Positions 1-8,872 are shown, counted from the first letter of the stretch. The stretch is 13,565 nt of DNA from an uncultured Aquificales bacterium (GCA_964411615.1 CAYPLO010000046.1:1-13565), one strand, 5' to 3'. Numbers and translations: made by a program. The notes: generated by a model from the letters alone, not told the origin.

Positions 1-86
1 TGAGGGAACTGTTGAAGGCATTGAGGGAACTTGCAAAGGAAGATGAGAAGCTGGCGAAAGTCTTGAGGAATTTCGGTTTACTCTAA
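1..86 (+). CDS. 3' end of an unidentified protein (partial, starts before the window)
   Basis: The frame from position 3 reads RELLKALRELAKEDEKLAKVLRNFGLL, then TAA (84-86) and TAG. It looks like an amphipathic helix with host-like codon usage. Family not recognised. Confidence 0.7.
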   Translation, partial: RELLKALRELAKEDEKLAKVLRNFGLL

Positions 87-100
87 TAGAAATCTTATCT

Positions 101-1165
101 TTACGCTGGCGGTGCCTGCCTCGTAACCAGGTCCCTCTCGCTTCTCACGCAGTTTCTCCCGTCGGACTTGGCAAGATACAGGGCCTTATCCGCCCTGTCT
201 AAGATGGTCTCCGGAACATCCCCTGCCCTAACCTGAGCCACACCGAAACTGGCTGTCACCCTTATGATGTTCTCCCCCCATATTATGGGAGTACTTTCAA
301 GACGGCTCCTGAACCTGTTCGCCACAGAAGTTGCAGCATTAAGCCCCAGGGCATCAAGAACCACAACAAACTCCTCGCCCCCGTAACGGGCGGCAACATC
401 GTCCATCCTGATATCGTTCTTGAGTATGGAGGCGAAGGTCACCAGGACATGGTCACCAGCCAGATGCCCGTAGAGGTCGTTCACCCTCTTAAAATGGTCA
501 AGGTCGGCCATCACAACGGCAAAGCTTCTGCCCTTTTTATCAAAGAGCCTTATGCGCCTCTTCAGCTCCTCCTCCAAGTATCCCCTATTGTAAAGACCCG
601 TCAGCGGGTCCCTTATGGCCTCCTGTGCCTTCTTGGCAAGTCTCTTTCTCAAGGTGTTCATGGTGTTTCTGGCATCCTCAAGCTCCCTCTTCAGCCTTGA
701 GTTAACCTCCTTCAGCCTCTCTATCTCTCCAAGTAGCGTCTCAAGGATGGAACCAACGCCACTACGCATGAAAGACTCTATCTGCTTTAGCTGGGACTCT
801 ATTGCCCTGTCGTGCTCATCCATACTCTCAAGAACCTTACCAAGCCTATCGGCGGAAAAATTCAGCACCTCCTCCGTCTCCCTCCTCATCTCCCTCAGTT
901 CTCTCTCCTCCCTGAGCTTCTCCTCCAGGAACTGCTCAACCTTCCGGTAGAACTGGTCAATGTTATCGGAGGTATCCGGGGCATTGTGAAGAATCATTCC
1001 CGCAAAGACCATAAACCAGACCTCAAAGTTCTTGGGAGTTATGGGGATACCCTTATCCAGCATGAACTTGAGGGCCCTTCTCGTGGCTTCAGAGAGAACC
1101 CCCAAATCCTCCTTGGTGAACTGTCCCCTTTCAGCCTTCTCTACAAGCTCCCTGACCCTCTCCAT
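101..1165 (-). CDS. GGDEF-domain diguanylate cyclase with N-terminal helical/coiled-coil region (VdcA/DgcB-like architecture)
   Basis: Motifs [28 protein letters not shown]-site RMDD five residues before [13 protein letters not shown] and [15 protein letters not shown]-terminal [13 protein letters not shown] motif and a long coiled coil. No TM segment or recognisable sensor domain. Confidence 0.95.
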   Translation of the reverse strand: MERVRELVEKAERGQFTKEDLGVLSEATRRALKFMLDKGIPITPKNFEVWFMVFAGMILHNAPDTSDNIDQFYRKVEQFLEEKLREERELREMRRETEEVLNFSADRLGKVLESMDEHDRAIESQLKQIESFMRSGVGSILETLLGEIERLKEVNSRLKRELEDARNTMNTLRKRLAKKAQEAIRDPLTGLYNRGYLEEELKRRIRLFDKKGRSFAVVMADLDHFKRVNDLYGHLAGDHVLVTFASILKNDIRMDDVAARYGGEEFVVVLDALGLNAATSVANRFRSRLESTPIIWGENIIRVTASFGVAQVRAGDVPETILDRADKALYLAKSDGRNCVRSERDLVTRQAPPA

Positions 1166-2219
1166 CTCCCCTTATCTCCGCAGCCAATCTTGGATTGAAC
1201 ATGGCACCTGTGCAGCTCATAACCACATCGGCGCCACACCCAATAAGCTCCTCAAAGGACTCCCTATCTGTGACCCCTCCGCAGCTGAATATGAGAAACT
1301 CCGCCTTCATCCTCTCCCTTATAAGGGCGAGCTGTTTGGTAAACTCCTGGGCACACCTCCTCAGGGACCAGCCACACACACCGCTGAGCTTTCTGTCCCT
1401 GCCTAAGGCCGGCTCCCCTTTATCGTTAACAACCCTCATCTGCAATGAGTTCACTCCGGAGATGCCCTCCACATAGTAAACACACCTTTTGACAAACTCT
1501 TCAAGTCTATCGCCCAGAAGAAGTCCCACCTTAACCATAAGCGGAACATCCCTAACGGCCCTTCTCACCTCCCTCAGTATCTCAGAAGAGGCCTCAGCAT
1601 CTGTGTATATGGCTCCCTCCCCCTGTCCCACATTCGGACAGGATAGATTCAGAATCACAGCATCAACCCCCACCTCCCTCAGCATGGACGCAACTCTTAC
1701 GAAATCCCTCTTCAGCTCCCACCAGGTCCCCTCATAGGTCCCCACGCCGGAGCCCACAAAGAGAGAACCGGGCAGAAGCCTCTCTTTTACCCTCTCCATA
1801 TCCTCCTGCCACACCTCCGGAGGATACGAAGGCATGCCGAAGGAGTTGGTTATGGTGACCCTTCTGGGACTATCGGGCCGATACCCCTCAGGAGCCACAG
1901 CCACAGAGGGAGGATTATAAGGGTCCACCATGGGCAACTTCACGAAGAGGCAGTTGGGCATGGGATGGCAGGGGTACTGCCTGCTCCTCACAGTCTTATA
2001 GACCACCACGGGAAAACCGAGCCTGTTGTAGGCCTCAACCCACCTCCCGTTGAGCAGAAGACCAGCAGGAACGCCTAAGGGGAAGTCCACCTCCTTACCG
2101 AAGATTTTCACCTTTCTCACACCCAGACTCTTGGGAAACTCCACAGAGAGGAAAGGGCCATTCTCAAGGTTGTAGTAGTAATCCTTGGTGATATCGTAGG
2201 AAGGGTTAAGGTCAGCCAT
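1131..2219 (-). CDS. Dihydroorotate dehydrogenase-like FMN-dependent oxidoreductase (DHOD/DHPD TIM-barrel superfamily), atypical
   Basis: Motifs [27 protein letters not shown] (active-site Cys loop), MVKVG, GVNSL, SGVCG and SCGGV. Start moved from 2393 to ATG 2219 (MADLNPSY...), which has a GGGGAGGAAG SD. The longer ORF would overlap comF. Confidence 0.8.
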   Translation of the reverse strand: MADLNPSYDITKDYYYNLENGPFLSVEFPKSLGVRKVKIFGKEVDFPLGVPAGLLLNGRWVEAYNRLGFPVVVYKTVRSRQYPCHPMPNCLFVKLPMVDPYNPPSVAVAPEGYRPDSPRRVTITNSFGMPSYPPEVWQEDMERVKERLLPGSLFVGSGVGTYEGTWWELKRDFVRVASMLREVGVDAVILNLSCPNVGQGEGAIYTDAEASSEILREVRRAVRDVPLMVKVGLLLGDRLEEFVKRCVYYVEGISGVNSLQMRVVNDKGEPALGRDRKLSGVCGWSLRRCAQEFTKQLALIRERMKAEFLIFSCGGVTDRESFEELIGCGADVVMSCTGAMFNPRLAAEIRGDGEGQGACREG

Positions 2220-2242
2220 GCTTCCTCCCCAACCTCTTTTCG

Positions 2243-2255
2243 TGGTATTATTGCA
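2243..2255. promoter_or_regulatory. Candidate overlapping divergent extended -10 promoters
   Basis: On + TGgTATTAT (2243-2251) faces comF. On - TGcAATAAT (2255-2247) faces the DHOD-like gene. Both lie in a 59-bp divergent gap. Confidence 0.35.
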
Positions 2256-2278
2256 CAAAATCCGAAAGGGGAACAACA

Positions 2279-2956
2279 GTGCTGTCCAGATGGTTCCCAG
2301 AAAGGTGCGTTGCCTGCGGCAATCCAGTGGAGAGTGGTCCCCTCTGTCCCATGTGTCTTTTAAAGATAGAGCCCCTGACCAAACAGTGCACAAGATGCGG
2401 CCTTCCCCTTCCCTCAGGCACCTTCCACGGATGCGGAGAGTGCATAGGGGAGAAGATGCCCTTTAGCAAAATATTCTCCATGTACCCATACCATCAGGTG
2501 AAGCCCCTTGTTCACAAGCTAAAATACGAAGCATCCACAAGGGCAAGGGCGGCAACGGAGATACTGATAGAGAGAGCTTTGGAGTCCATACCCGGGTTAA
2601 TAGAGGCCTGCCAAAGGGTTGAGGGGGTGGTTCCCATGCCCATGCATTGGGCAAGGCGACTTGTAAGGGAGTTCAACCACTCCCACATAATAGCCCAAGC
2701 CCTATCCTCAGTGGTGGGAAAGCCCGTTCTCAAGGTCCTGAAAAGAACAAGAAACAGCCCACCACAGGCAGGTCTCAGCAGAAGGGAGAGGATGATAAAC
2801 GTCAAGGACAGCTTCAAAGCCCTTGAAACACCTCCGGCCAATCTGCTTCTGGTTGACGATGTGGCAACCACCCTGAGCACACTGAAGGAGGCCGCAAGGA
2901 CCCTAAAGACGGCAAGAGTCCAAAGCGTAACCTGCATAGTCTTTGCAAGGGCCTGA
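2279..2956 (+). CDS. comF: ComF family protein (double zinc ribbon + phosphoribosyltransferase-like domain)
   Basis: FPERCVAC...LCPMC...CTRCG...CGEC zinc ribbons, [41 protein letters not shown] and [13 protein letters not shown] start with an AAGGGG SD. Confidence 0.9.
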   Translation: MLSRWFPERCVACGNPVESGPLCPMCLLKIEPLTKQCTRCGLPLPSGTFHGCGECIGEKMPFSKIFSMYPYHQVKPLVHKLKYEASTRARAATEILIERALESIPGLIEACQRVEGVVPMPMHWARRLVREFNHSHIIAQALSSVVGKPVLKVLKRTRNSPPQAGLSRRERMINVKDSFKALETPPANLLLVDDVATTLSTLKEAARTLKTARVQSVTCIVFARA

Positions 2957-2957
2957 C

Positions 2958-3650
2958 ATGTCCCGCCCCAGAATCTTCATATCAGGAGAGCTCAAACCGG
3001 GAGATGTGGTTGAGATTCCGGAGTCCGAAAGGAGACACCTCAAGGTGAGGCGTATAGCCTCAGGAGAGATAGTGGTGCTCAACGGAAGGGGCACAGAGGC
3101 CAAGGGAAGGCTTCTCGGCAAAGAGAGACTGCTAATAGAGGAGGTTCGCACACCTGAGGACAGGGAACTGTCCATCAGAATCCACCTCTTCATGGCCTTA
3201 ATAAAGAGGGATAAGATGGAGCTTGTCATCCAGAAGGCCACAGAACTGGGGGTTTACTCCATAACCCCCGTAATCATGGAAAGATGTGTGGTCAAACCAA
3301 AAAATACCGAAAGATGGCTTAAGATAGCAGTAGAAGCGCTAAAACAGTGCGGAAGAACGAGACTGCCCCTCATAAACCCACCCACCGAGCTTGAAAAGGT
3401 GGAACTTCGGGGAATAGGATTCCTCCTGTGGGAGGAAGCAGAAGCCCGATTTGAAAGGATTGTCACCCCATCGGAGGATGTGAGCGTGATTGTCGGGCCT
3501 GAAGGGGGAATAACCAGCCAAGAGGCGGAGATTCTTAAAAAGAAGGGGGCGGTCCCCTCAGGCCTTGGAGAGGTGATACTCCGGGCGGAGACCGCCGCGA
3601 TATACGCCGTATCGGTGATAAGGGCCCTATCTATCCGGTCAGCTCCTTGA
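2958..3650 (+). CDS. rsmE: 16S rRNA m3U1498 methyltransferase RsmE
   Basis: [28 protein letters not shown] and [12 protein letters not shown]. The ATG at 2958, 1 nt after the comF stop, is preferred over 2943. Confidence 0.93.
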   Translation: MSRPRIFISGELKPGDVVEIPESERRHLKVRRIASGEIVVLNGRGTEAKGRLLGKERLLIEEVRTPEDRELSIRIHLFMALIKRDKMELVIQKATELGVYSITPVIMERCVVKPKNTERWLKIAVEALKQCGRTRLPLINPPTELEKVELRGIGFLLWEEAEARFERIVTPSEDVSVIVGPEGGITSQEAEILKKKGAVPSGLGEVILRAETAAIYAVSVIRALSIRSAP

Positions 3651-4836
3651 GCCTCTGGGCCACCTTCAAGCCGAGCTCGTAGCACTCGGCCAGATGCTCC
3701 TCGGTGGGAACCCACTGGACCCTGAGCTCACCCACCACCTCAACCCCCATAGACTCAAGAAACTCCCTGAGCAACTTGACGGACTCCCCGCTCCACCCGT
3801 AGGAGCCGAACACGGCGCCGACCAGGTTCTTGGGCCTCAGCCCCTTAAGGTATGTCAGAACATCGGCAACACTGGGGAAGATGTTGTTGTTCAAGGTAGG
3901 AGAACCCACAACAAGGGCACCGGACTTCAGAACCTCCGTAGCCACATCGCTCCTGTGGCATCCGGATATGGGCATTATCACAACCTCAGCACCACCGCTG
4001 GCTATGCCATCAGCTATAGCCCTGGCCATCTTATCCGTGCTTCCCCACATGGTATCATAGACCACAACAGCCCTGTTGGTAGGCTTCTGCTGGGCAAGCC
4101 CGGTGTAAAGCTCAAGCAACCACTCTATATCCTCCCTCTTCCTGAAGATGGGACCATGGTCGGGAGCCACCATATTTATGGTAAGACCCGACAGCCTCTT
4201 GAGCAGATTCAGCACAAGCTGAGAGTAGGGCATCAGTATGTTGGCGTAGTAGGTTATGAGTTCATGCTCAACTACATCCCTTGGATTTTCGTCCACAAAC
4301 ACGCTCCTCGTGGCGTAATGCATGCCAAAGGCATCCTGCGAGAAGAGTATCCCATCTTCAACAAGATAGGTGAACATGCTGTCGGGCCAGTGGAGCATCC
4401 TCGTCTCGTAGAACCTGAGGGTCCTGCCTCCTATATCCAGCTCCTCACCGTCCTTGACTGCCACAATCTCAAGGTCAGTATGGAGCTGTCCCTTGAGGTT
4501 CTTAACACCCATGGTTGAGGCGAAAATCTTCTCAGGCTTCACAATGGCGGCAACCTCAGGAAGACACCCGGAATGGTCCATCTCGGCGTGGTTGGAGACG
4601 ATGTAATCTATCCTCTCAGGCTCCACAACGCTGCTTATACGGGCGAGCAGCTCATCTTTATACTGCTTTTTGACTGTGTCTATAAGCACAATCTTATCCG
4701 AAATAATAAGATAGGCGTTGTAGGTGCTTCCCCTGTGGGTGGTGTAACCGTGAAAGTTCCTCAAGGCCCAGTCGACGGCTCCCACCCAGTACACATTCTC
4801 CGCAATGGGAACGGCCCTGAAGTGAACCTCAGCCAT
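3631..4836 (-). CDS. fprA: Flavodiiron protein (FprA/Roo, O2/NO reductase; metallo-beta-lactamase + flavodoxin domains)
   Basis: GSTYNAYL, diiron ligand motifs [20 protein letters not shown] and PDHG. Flavodoxin motifs [14 protein letters not shown] and FGSYGWSGE. Strong GAGGAGG SD. Confidence 0.95.
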   Translation of the reverse strand: MAEVHFRAVPIAENVYWVGAVDWALRNFHGYTTHRGSTYNAYLIISDKIVLIDTVKKQYKDELLARISSVVEPERIDYIVSNHAEMDHSGCLPEVAAIVKPEKIFASTMGVKNLKGQLHTDLEIVAVKDGEELDIGGRTLRFYETRMLHWPDSMFTYLVEDGILFSQDAFGMHYATRSVFVDENPRDVVEHELITYYANILMPYSQLVLNLLKRLSGLTINMVAPDHGPIFRKREDIEWLLELYTGLAQQKPTNRAVVVYDTMWGSTDKMARAIADGIASGGAEVVIMPISGCHRSDVATEVLKSGALVVGSPTLNNNIFPSVADVLTYLKGLRPKNLVGAVFGSYGWSGESVKLLREFLESMGVEVVGELRVQWVPTEEHLAECYELGLKVAQRLKELTG

Positions 4837-4850
4837 CTTGCCACCTCCTC

Positions 4851-4880
4851 ATAAAAGATAAGGGGGCATCAGCGCCCCCT
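4851..4880 (-). terminator. Terminator-like hairpin between dfx and fprA
   Basis: Minus strand reads AGGGGGC-GCTGAT-GCCCCCT (7-bp stem) followed by TATCTTTTAT. It begins 5 nt after the dfx stop. Confidence 0.6.
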
Positions 4881-4885
4881 GTCCA

Positions 4886-5263
4886 CTACCCCCTCCAGAG
4901 ACCGTGTATGTTGCAGTACTCCCTTGCGGACACCTCCTTGGCCTCGCCCACCTGGAAGAAGGCCTCGGGAGCATCACCGGGGTTAAGGTACTGCCTGTAG
5001 GTCCTGCCATCGGCTATAAGCTCAATCCACTGGATGTAGTGCTTCTCCTCCATGGGATGGGGGACGCTTCCCACCTTCACCTTATAGCCACCATCCACCT
5101 TCTCTATAACGGGGACGTGCTTCTCTGTGGAGGCATCGGCGGTCTGCTCCTCAAGCAACACCATGGGCTTACCGCAACAGAAGAGCTGTCCCTTACCTCC
5201 CACCAGCACCTCAACAATATTTCCACAAACCTCGCACCTGTAAATCTGATACCTCTCTGCCAT
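4886..5263 (-). CDS. dfx: Desulfoferrodoxin (2Fe superoxide reductase)
   Basis: Centre [11 protein letters not shown]...CCGKPM. Centre [19 protein letters not shown] and [17 protein letters not shown]. Confidence 0.97.
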   Translation of the reverse strand: MAERYQIYRCEVCGNIVEVLVGGKGQLFCCGKPMVLLEEQTADASTEKHVPVIEKVDGGYKVKVGSVPHPMEEKHYIQWIELIADGRTYRQYLNPGDAPEAFFQVGEAKEVSAREYCNIHGLWRG

Positions 5264-5290
5264 GGCGGCACCTCCTTAACCTGAGTTTTC

Positions 5291-5329
5291 TGACAATTTT
5301 TATAATATAAAAGGCCGTAAAAAAGTCAA
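5291..5329 (-). promoter_or_regulatory. Sigma70-like promoter for dfx-fprA with overlapping PerR/Fur-like box
   Basis: -35 TTGACT (5329-5324), 16-bp spacer, -10 TATTAT (5307-5302). TGACAATTTTTATAA (5291-5305) matches 11 of 14 defined positions of the Bacillus Per box TTATAATnATTATAA. Confidence 0.6.
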
Positions 5330-5341
5330 GGGGCAATTTAA

Positions 5342-5373
5342 AGCAAAAAGGGAAGGCTCAAGGCCTTCCCTTT
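5342..5373 (-). terminator. Rho-independent terminator of truB-rpsO-pnp
   Basis: Perfect 11-bp inverted repeat AAAGGGAAGGC (5347-5357) / GCCTTCCCTTT (5363-5373) with a 5-nt loop. On the minus strand it runs into TTTTTGCT and overlaps the pnp stop codon. Confidence 0.85.
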
Positions 5374-7570
5374 AGCGGGCGTCCCTTCTGGAATGACGGA
5401 TATCCTGCCTGTGGCGGGGATTCCTGTTGGCGGGAGGTCTCCTCCTGGGCCCCTGAGGAGAGGGCCTTGCAGGCTCGTCCTTGGGACCTCCCTCAAGCCC
5501 CCTCCTGGTGAGGCGAAATCTCCCAAGCTCGTCTATCTCCATTATCTTGGCCTCCACCTCGTCCCCTATCTGGAACTCCTCCTTGAGGTCCCTTATCCTC
5601 CTGTCGGATATCTGGGATATGTGAAGCAACCCCTCCCTGCCCGGAGCCACCTCTATGAAGAGTCCGTAGTCCTCTATCCTCTTCACCTTCCCCTTTACAA
5701 GCTCACCCACATGATACTCGTGGGCTATCTTGGAGATGATATCCATGGCCTCCTTGGCCGCCTCGGCGTTATCTGCAGAGATGGTCACAAGTCCCGTCTC
5801 GTCTATGAATATGCGGGTTCCCGTCTTGTCTATTATGGCCCTTATGGTCCTGCCACCGGGACCTATAACGTCCCTTATGAAGTCGGGCTTTATCTGCATG
5901 GAGTAGATGTGGGGAGCCTTGGGGGATATCTCCGGCCTGGGAGCAGGTAGCGTCTCCTTCATCTTCTCAAGGATGAAGAGCCTGCCCTCTTTGGCCTGCT
6001 GGAGGGCCTCTGCCATAATCTCCCAGGTGATACCACTTATCTTTATGTCCATCTGGAGGGCGGTTATCCCATCCTCGGTGCCGGCAACCTTGAAGTCCAT
6101 ATCACCCAGGTGGTCTTCCATGCCCATTATGTCGGAAAGTATGGCGTACCTTCCCGTGGACTCGTCCATTATAAGACCCATGGCTATACCCGCCACGGGC
6201 TTCTTAATGGGAACCCCGGCATCCATAAGGGCCAGAGAGCCACCACAGACGGTGGCCATGGAAGAGGAGCCGTTGGACTCAAGGATATCGGAGACCACAC
6301 GGACAATGTAGGGAAACTCCTCGCTCTTCACCGGCACCATGGGAGCAAGGGCCCTTTCCGCCAGAGCACCGTGCCCTATCTCCCTCCTCGAGGGTCCCCT
6401 GAGGGGCCTCACCTCCCCAACACAGAAAGGAGGAAAGTTGTAGTGGACCATGAAGGGCTTGGAACCTTCACCGAAAAGCTCATCAAGCATCTGCTCATCT
6501 TCGCCCGGCATGCCCAGAGTTACAGCAACGAGGGCCTGAGTCTCCCCCCTGGTGAAGAGAGCCGAACCATGGGCCTCTGGGAGAACCCCCACTTCACAGG
6601 TTATGGGCCTTATGTCCCTGAGCCCCCTGCCATCGGCCCTGACCCCATCCTCAAGAATCATCCTCCTCATCTGCTCCTTCTCAACCTTATCAAAGGCCAT
6701 AGATACAAGGGGCTGCTCCTCCTCGGAATACTGCTCAAGGATGGACCTTTTTAGCTCTTTCAGAGCCTTCTCCCTGGCCTTCTTCCCCTGCACCCTTATG
6801 GCCGCAAGAAGGGCCTCAAGGTGGTTCTCCCTGATAACCCTTTCGTATTCCGAGGTGTCGGGAGGAGGCTCAAAGGCTATCTTCTCTTTACCCACCTCCT
6901 CAACGAGCTGTTTCTGAATGGCCACAATCTCCCTTATCTGCTGGTGGGCAAACTGAAGGGCCTCTATCACCTTCTCCTCAGAGACCTCCCTGGCCCCCGC
7001 CTCAACCATCACTATGGCATCCTCCGTGCCCGCCACCACTATGTTCAGGTCCGAACGCTCAATCTCCTCCTGGGATGGGTTGGCCACAAACTGCCCATCT
7101 ATAAGTCCCACCCTTACAGCCCCCACGGGACCGTTAAAGGGGATATCGGATATGGAGAGAGCCGCAGAGGCACCAACTATGGCGAGCACATCGGGAGGAG
7201 CCGCCTCATCGGCGGATATCACCAGGGCCATCACCTGAACCTCGTGCCTGAACCCATCGGGGAAGAGGGGCCTTATGGGCCTGTCTATAAGGCGGGAGAC
7301 CAGTATCTCGCTGTCCATGGGTTTGCCTTCACGCTTTATGAAGCCCCCGGGAATCTTGCCGGCTGCATAGGCCCTCTCCCTGTACTCAACGGTCAAAGGG
7401 AAGAAGTCCAGCCCCTCTATGGGCTCCTCGGAACAGCAGGCGGTGACCAGAACCATGGAGCCTCCGGAGCGCACCACCACGGCTCCGTTGGCCTGTTTGG
7501 CCACCTTCCCTGTCTCTATAACTATCCTCTTGCCACCAAAGATTTCGCACTCTACCGACTTTGCCCCCAT
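5372..7570 (-). CDS. pnp: Polyribonucleotide nucleotidyltransferase (PNPase)
   Basis: FFPLTVEYRE, GKIPGGFIKRE, SRLIDRPIRPLF, HGSALFTRGETQ, RREIGHG, SNGSSSMA and GDMDFKVAG. KH domain (VIGPGG) and S1 domain (EGLLHISQ). Confidence 0.99.
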   Translation of the reverse strand: MGAKSVECEIFGGKRIVIETGKVAKQANGAVVVRSGGSMVLVTACCSEEPIEGLDFFPLTVEYRERAYAAGKIPGGFIKREGKPMDSEILVSRLIDRPIRPLFPDGFRHEVQVMALVISADEAAPPDVLAIVGASAALSISDIPFNGPVGAVRVGLIDGQFVANPSQEEIERSDLNIVVAGTEDAIVMVEAGAREVSEEKVIEALQFAHQQIREIVAIQKQLVEEVGKEKIAFEPPPDTSEYERVIRENHLEALLAAIRVQGKKAREKALKELKRSILEQYSEEEQPLVSMAFDKVEKEQMRRMILEDGVRADGRGLRDIRPITCEVGVLPEAHGSALFTRGETQALVAVTLGMPGEDEQMLDELFGEGSKPFMVHYNFPPFCVGEVRPLRGPSRREIGHGALAERALAPMVPVKSEEFPYIVRVVSDILESNGSSSMATVCGGSLALMDAGVPIKKPVAGIAMGLIMDESTGRYAILSDIMGMEDHLGDMDFKVAGTEDGITALQMDIKISGITWEIMAEALQQAKEGRLFILEKMKETLPAPRPEISPKAPHIYSMQIKPDFIRDVIGPGGRTIRAIIDKTGTRIFIDETGLVTISADNAEAAKEAMDIISKIAHEYHVGELVKGKVKRIEDYGLFIEVAPGREGLLHISQISDRRIRDLKEEFQIGDEVEAKIMEIDELGRFRLTRRGLEGGPKDEPARPSPQGPRRRPPANRNPRHRQDIRHSRRDAR

Positions 7571-7573
7571 GGC

Positions 7574-7843
7574 TTACTTCCTGAGCCCCAGTTTTGCTAT
7601 AACCTCTTTGTATCTTTCAGGATTGGTACGGGCAAGGTACTTGAGGAGCTTCCTCCTCCTCCCAACAAGCCTGAGAAGCCCCCTCTTGGAGTTGGTGTCG
7701 TGCTTGTGCTTCTCAAAGTGCTCAACGAGCCTGTTTATCCTCTCGGTAAGAAGGGCTATCTGAACCTCCACAGAGCCGGTGTCATTCTCGTGCTGCTGAA
7801 AGTTCCTTATTATCTCCTGCTTCCTCTCCTTGGTAATGCCCAC
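7574..7843 (-). CDS. rpsO: 30S ribosomal protein S15
   Basis: [26 protein letters not shown] and GLRK C-terminus, 89 aa. GTG start with a GGAGGTG SD. Confidence 0.99.
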   Translation of the reverse strand: MGITKERKQEIIRNFQQHENDTGSVEVQIALLTERINRLVEHFEKHKHDTNSKRGLLRLVGRRRKLLKYLARTNPERYKEVIAKLGLRK

Positions 7844-7891
7844 CTCTCACACCTCCGAATCTATTTTCTCATCAAGATGTTATACCCAAGC

Positions 7892-8812
7892 TCAAGCGCT
7901 GTAAAGAACCTTGAAGGGATGACAGAGCCACCTCCCCTCGGGACTGAACTTCAGCCTTCCCAAGGCCACCAGCTCCCCATCCTCATCCACTATCTTCACG
8001 TACTCACCCTCCCTCAACTCCTTCCTGCCCAGCTCCTGAGGGCTCACAACCACAGGATTGCCCACCGTAACCCACCACTTGAGCCTTCCCATAACCTTAA
8101 GCTGAGGAAAGTGGGGAAAGCAGTCCCTAAGTGGTATAACAAGCCTCCTTCTATCCTCAAGCTCCATCTCTTTAAGCTCTTCCAGACTCACCGCCTGTTC
8201 CAAGGTAAATCCTGCCGCCGAGGTCCTCATCAGGTCCCACAGGGTTCCCACAGTCCCCAGAGCCTCCCCCACATCCTTGGCAAGGGTCCTTATGTACACC
8301 CCCTTACCCACCCTGGCGAAGAACTTGATGTAGGGGGGCTCATATCCGAGAAGCTTCAGCTGGTCAATATAGACCCTCTTGGGCTCAAGCTCCACCCTCT
8401 TACCCTCACGGGCAAGCTGGTAGAGCCTCTTGCCCTTGTACCTCTTCGCCGAATAGGGAGGAGGAACCTGCTCTATCTCACCCACGAACCCTTTCAACAC
8501 CTCCTCTATGCGTGCCTCATCAAGCTCCGGAACCTCCCTCTCCTCAATAACCTTCCCCTCCCTGTCGTAGGTGTCGGTAAGCACCCCGAGCCTTATCCTG
8601 CCCACGTACTCCTTGAACTGCTCCATAAAGACCTCTGCCAGCTTCGTGGCCCTACCAACCGCTATGGGCAGAACCCCCGTGGCCATGGGGTCAAGGGTGC
8701 CGAGATGGCCCGCCTTCTTCACCTTCAAAAGCTTACGTATGCGCTCAACCACCTTTGTGGAGGTTATCCCCTCATGCTTGTTGACCACTATAACGCCCGT
8801 TATCTCCTCCAT
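7892..8812 (-). CDS. truB: tRNA pseudouridine(55) synthase TruB
   Basis: GVIVVNK.EGITS, KAGHLGTLDPMATGVLP (catalytic Asp), QVPPPYSA and GVYIRTLA, with a PUA-like C-terminus. The true start is ATG 8812 (MEEITG). The 200-codon upstream extension in the ORF track is mostly antisense to the PHP gene. Confidence 0.96.
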   Translation of the reverse strand: MEEITGVIVVNKHEGITSTKVVERIRKLLKVKKAGHLGTLDPMATGVLPIAVGRATKLAEVFMEQFKEYVGRIRLGVLTDTYDREGKVIEEREVPELDEARIEEVLKGFVGEIEQVPPPYSAKRYKGKRLYQLAREGKRVELEPKRVYIDQLKLLGYEPPYIKFFARVGKGVYIRTLAKDVGEALGTVGTLWDLMRTSAAGFTLEQAVSLEELKEMELEDRRRLVIPLRDCFPHFPQLKVMGRLKWWVTVGNPVVVSPQELGRKELREGEYVKIVDEDGELVALGRLKFSPEGRWLCHPFKVLYSA

Positions 8813-8830
8813 GGAACCCCCTTGATGTTG

Positions 8831-8872
8831 TAAATCCCAAGCGATATTGCTAAATCCCATTAGCAAATTTGC
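8831..8872. promoter_or_regulatory. Repeat/palindrome cluster in the divergent truB / PHP intergenic region (candidate operator)
   Basis: Direct repeat TAAATCCCA at 8831-8839 and 8851-8859. Inverted repeat TTGCTAA-N6-TTAGCAA at 8847-8866. Palindrome GCAAATTTGC at 8863-8872. Confidence 0.45.

Noticed and set aside
1..31. Direct repeat TGAGGGAACT at 1-10 and 22-31
   Set aside because: It encodes a repeated REL in a helical coding region. Two copies only, so not a CRISPR or regulatory array.
1131..1174. Possible frameshift fusing the DHOD-like protein to the GGDEF protein
   Set aside because: Only a G4 run is present, with no slippery heptamer or stimulatory structure. The cyclase has its own ATG and SD-like sequence, with an in-frame TAA three codons upstream. 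A simple overlap explains it.
2220..2393. N-terminal extension of the DHOD-like ORF
   Set aside because: It overlaps comF on the opposite strand, and a strong SD precedes ATG 2219.
3631..3650. 20-bp convergent overlap of the rsmE and fprA 3' ends
   Set aside because: Short tail-to-tail overlaps are common in compact genomes, and both proteins look complete.
7879..7905. Possible internal rpsO promoter (TTTACA...TATAAC on the minus strand)
   Set aside because: The spacer is only 15 bp, too weak to call. No S15 leader structure could be supported.
6821..8833. 670-aa plus-strand ORF spanning pnp, rpsO and truB
   Set aside because: Shadow ORF. All three real genes share one minus-strand frame, and this ORF is their codon-aligned antisense. 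It stays open because TTA, CTA and TCA codons are rare. The product is L/P/H-rich with no motifs.
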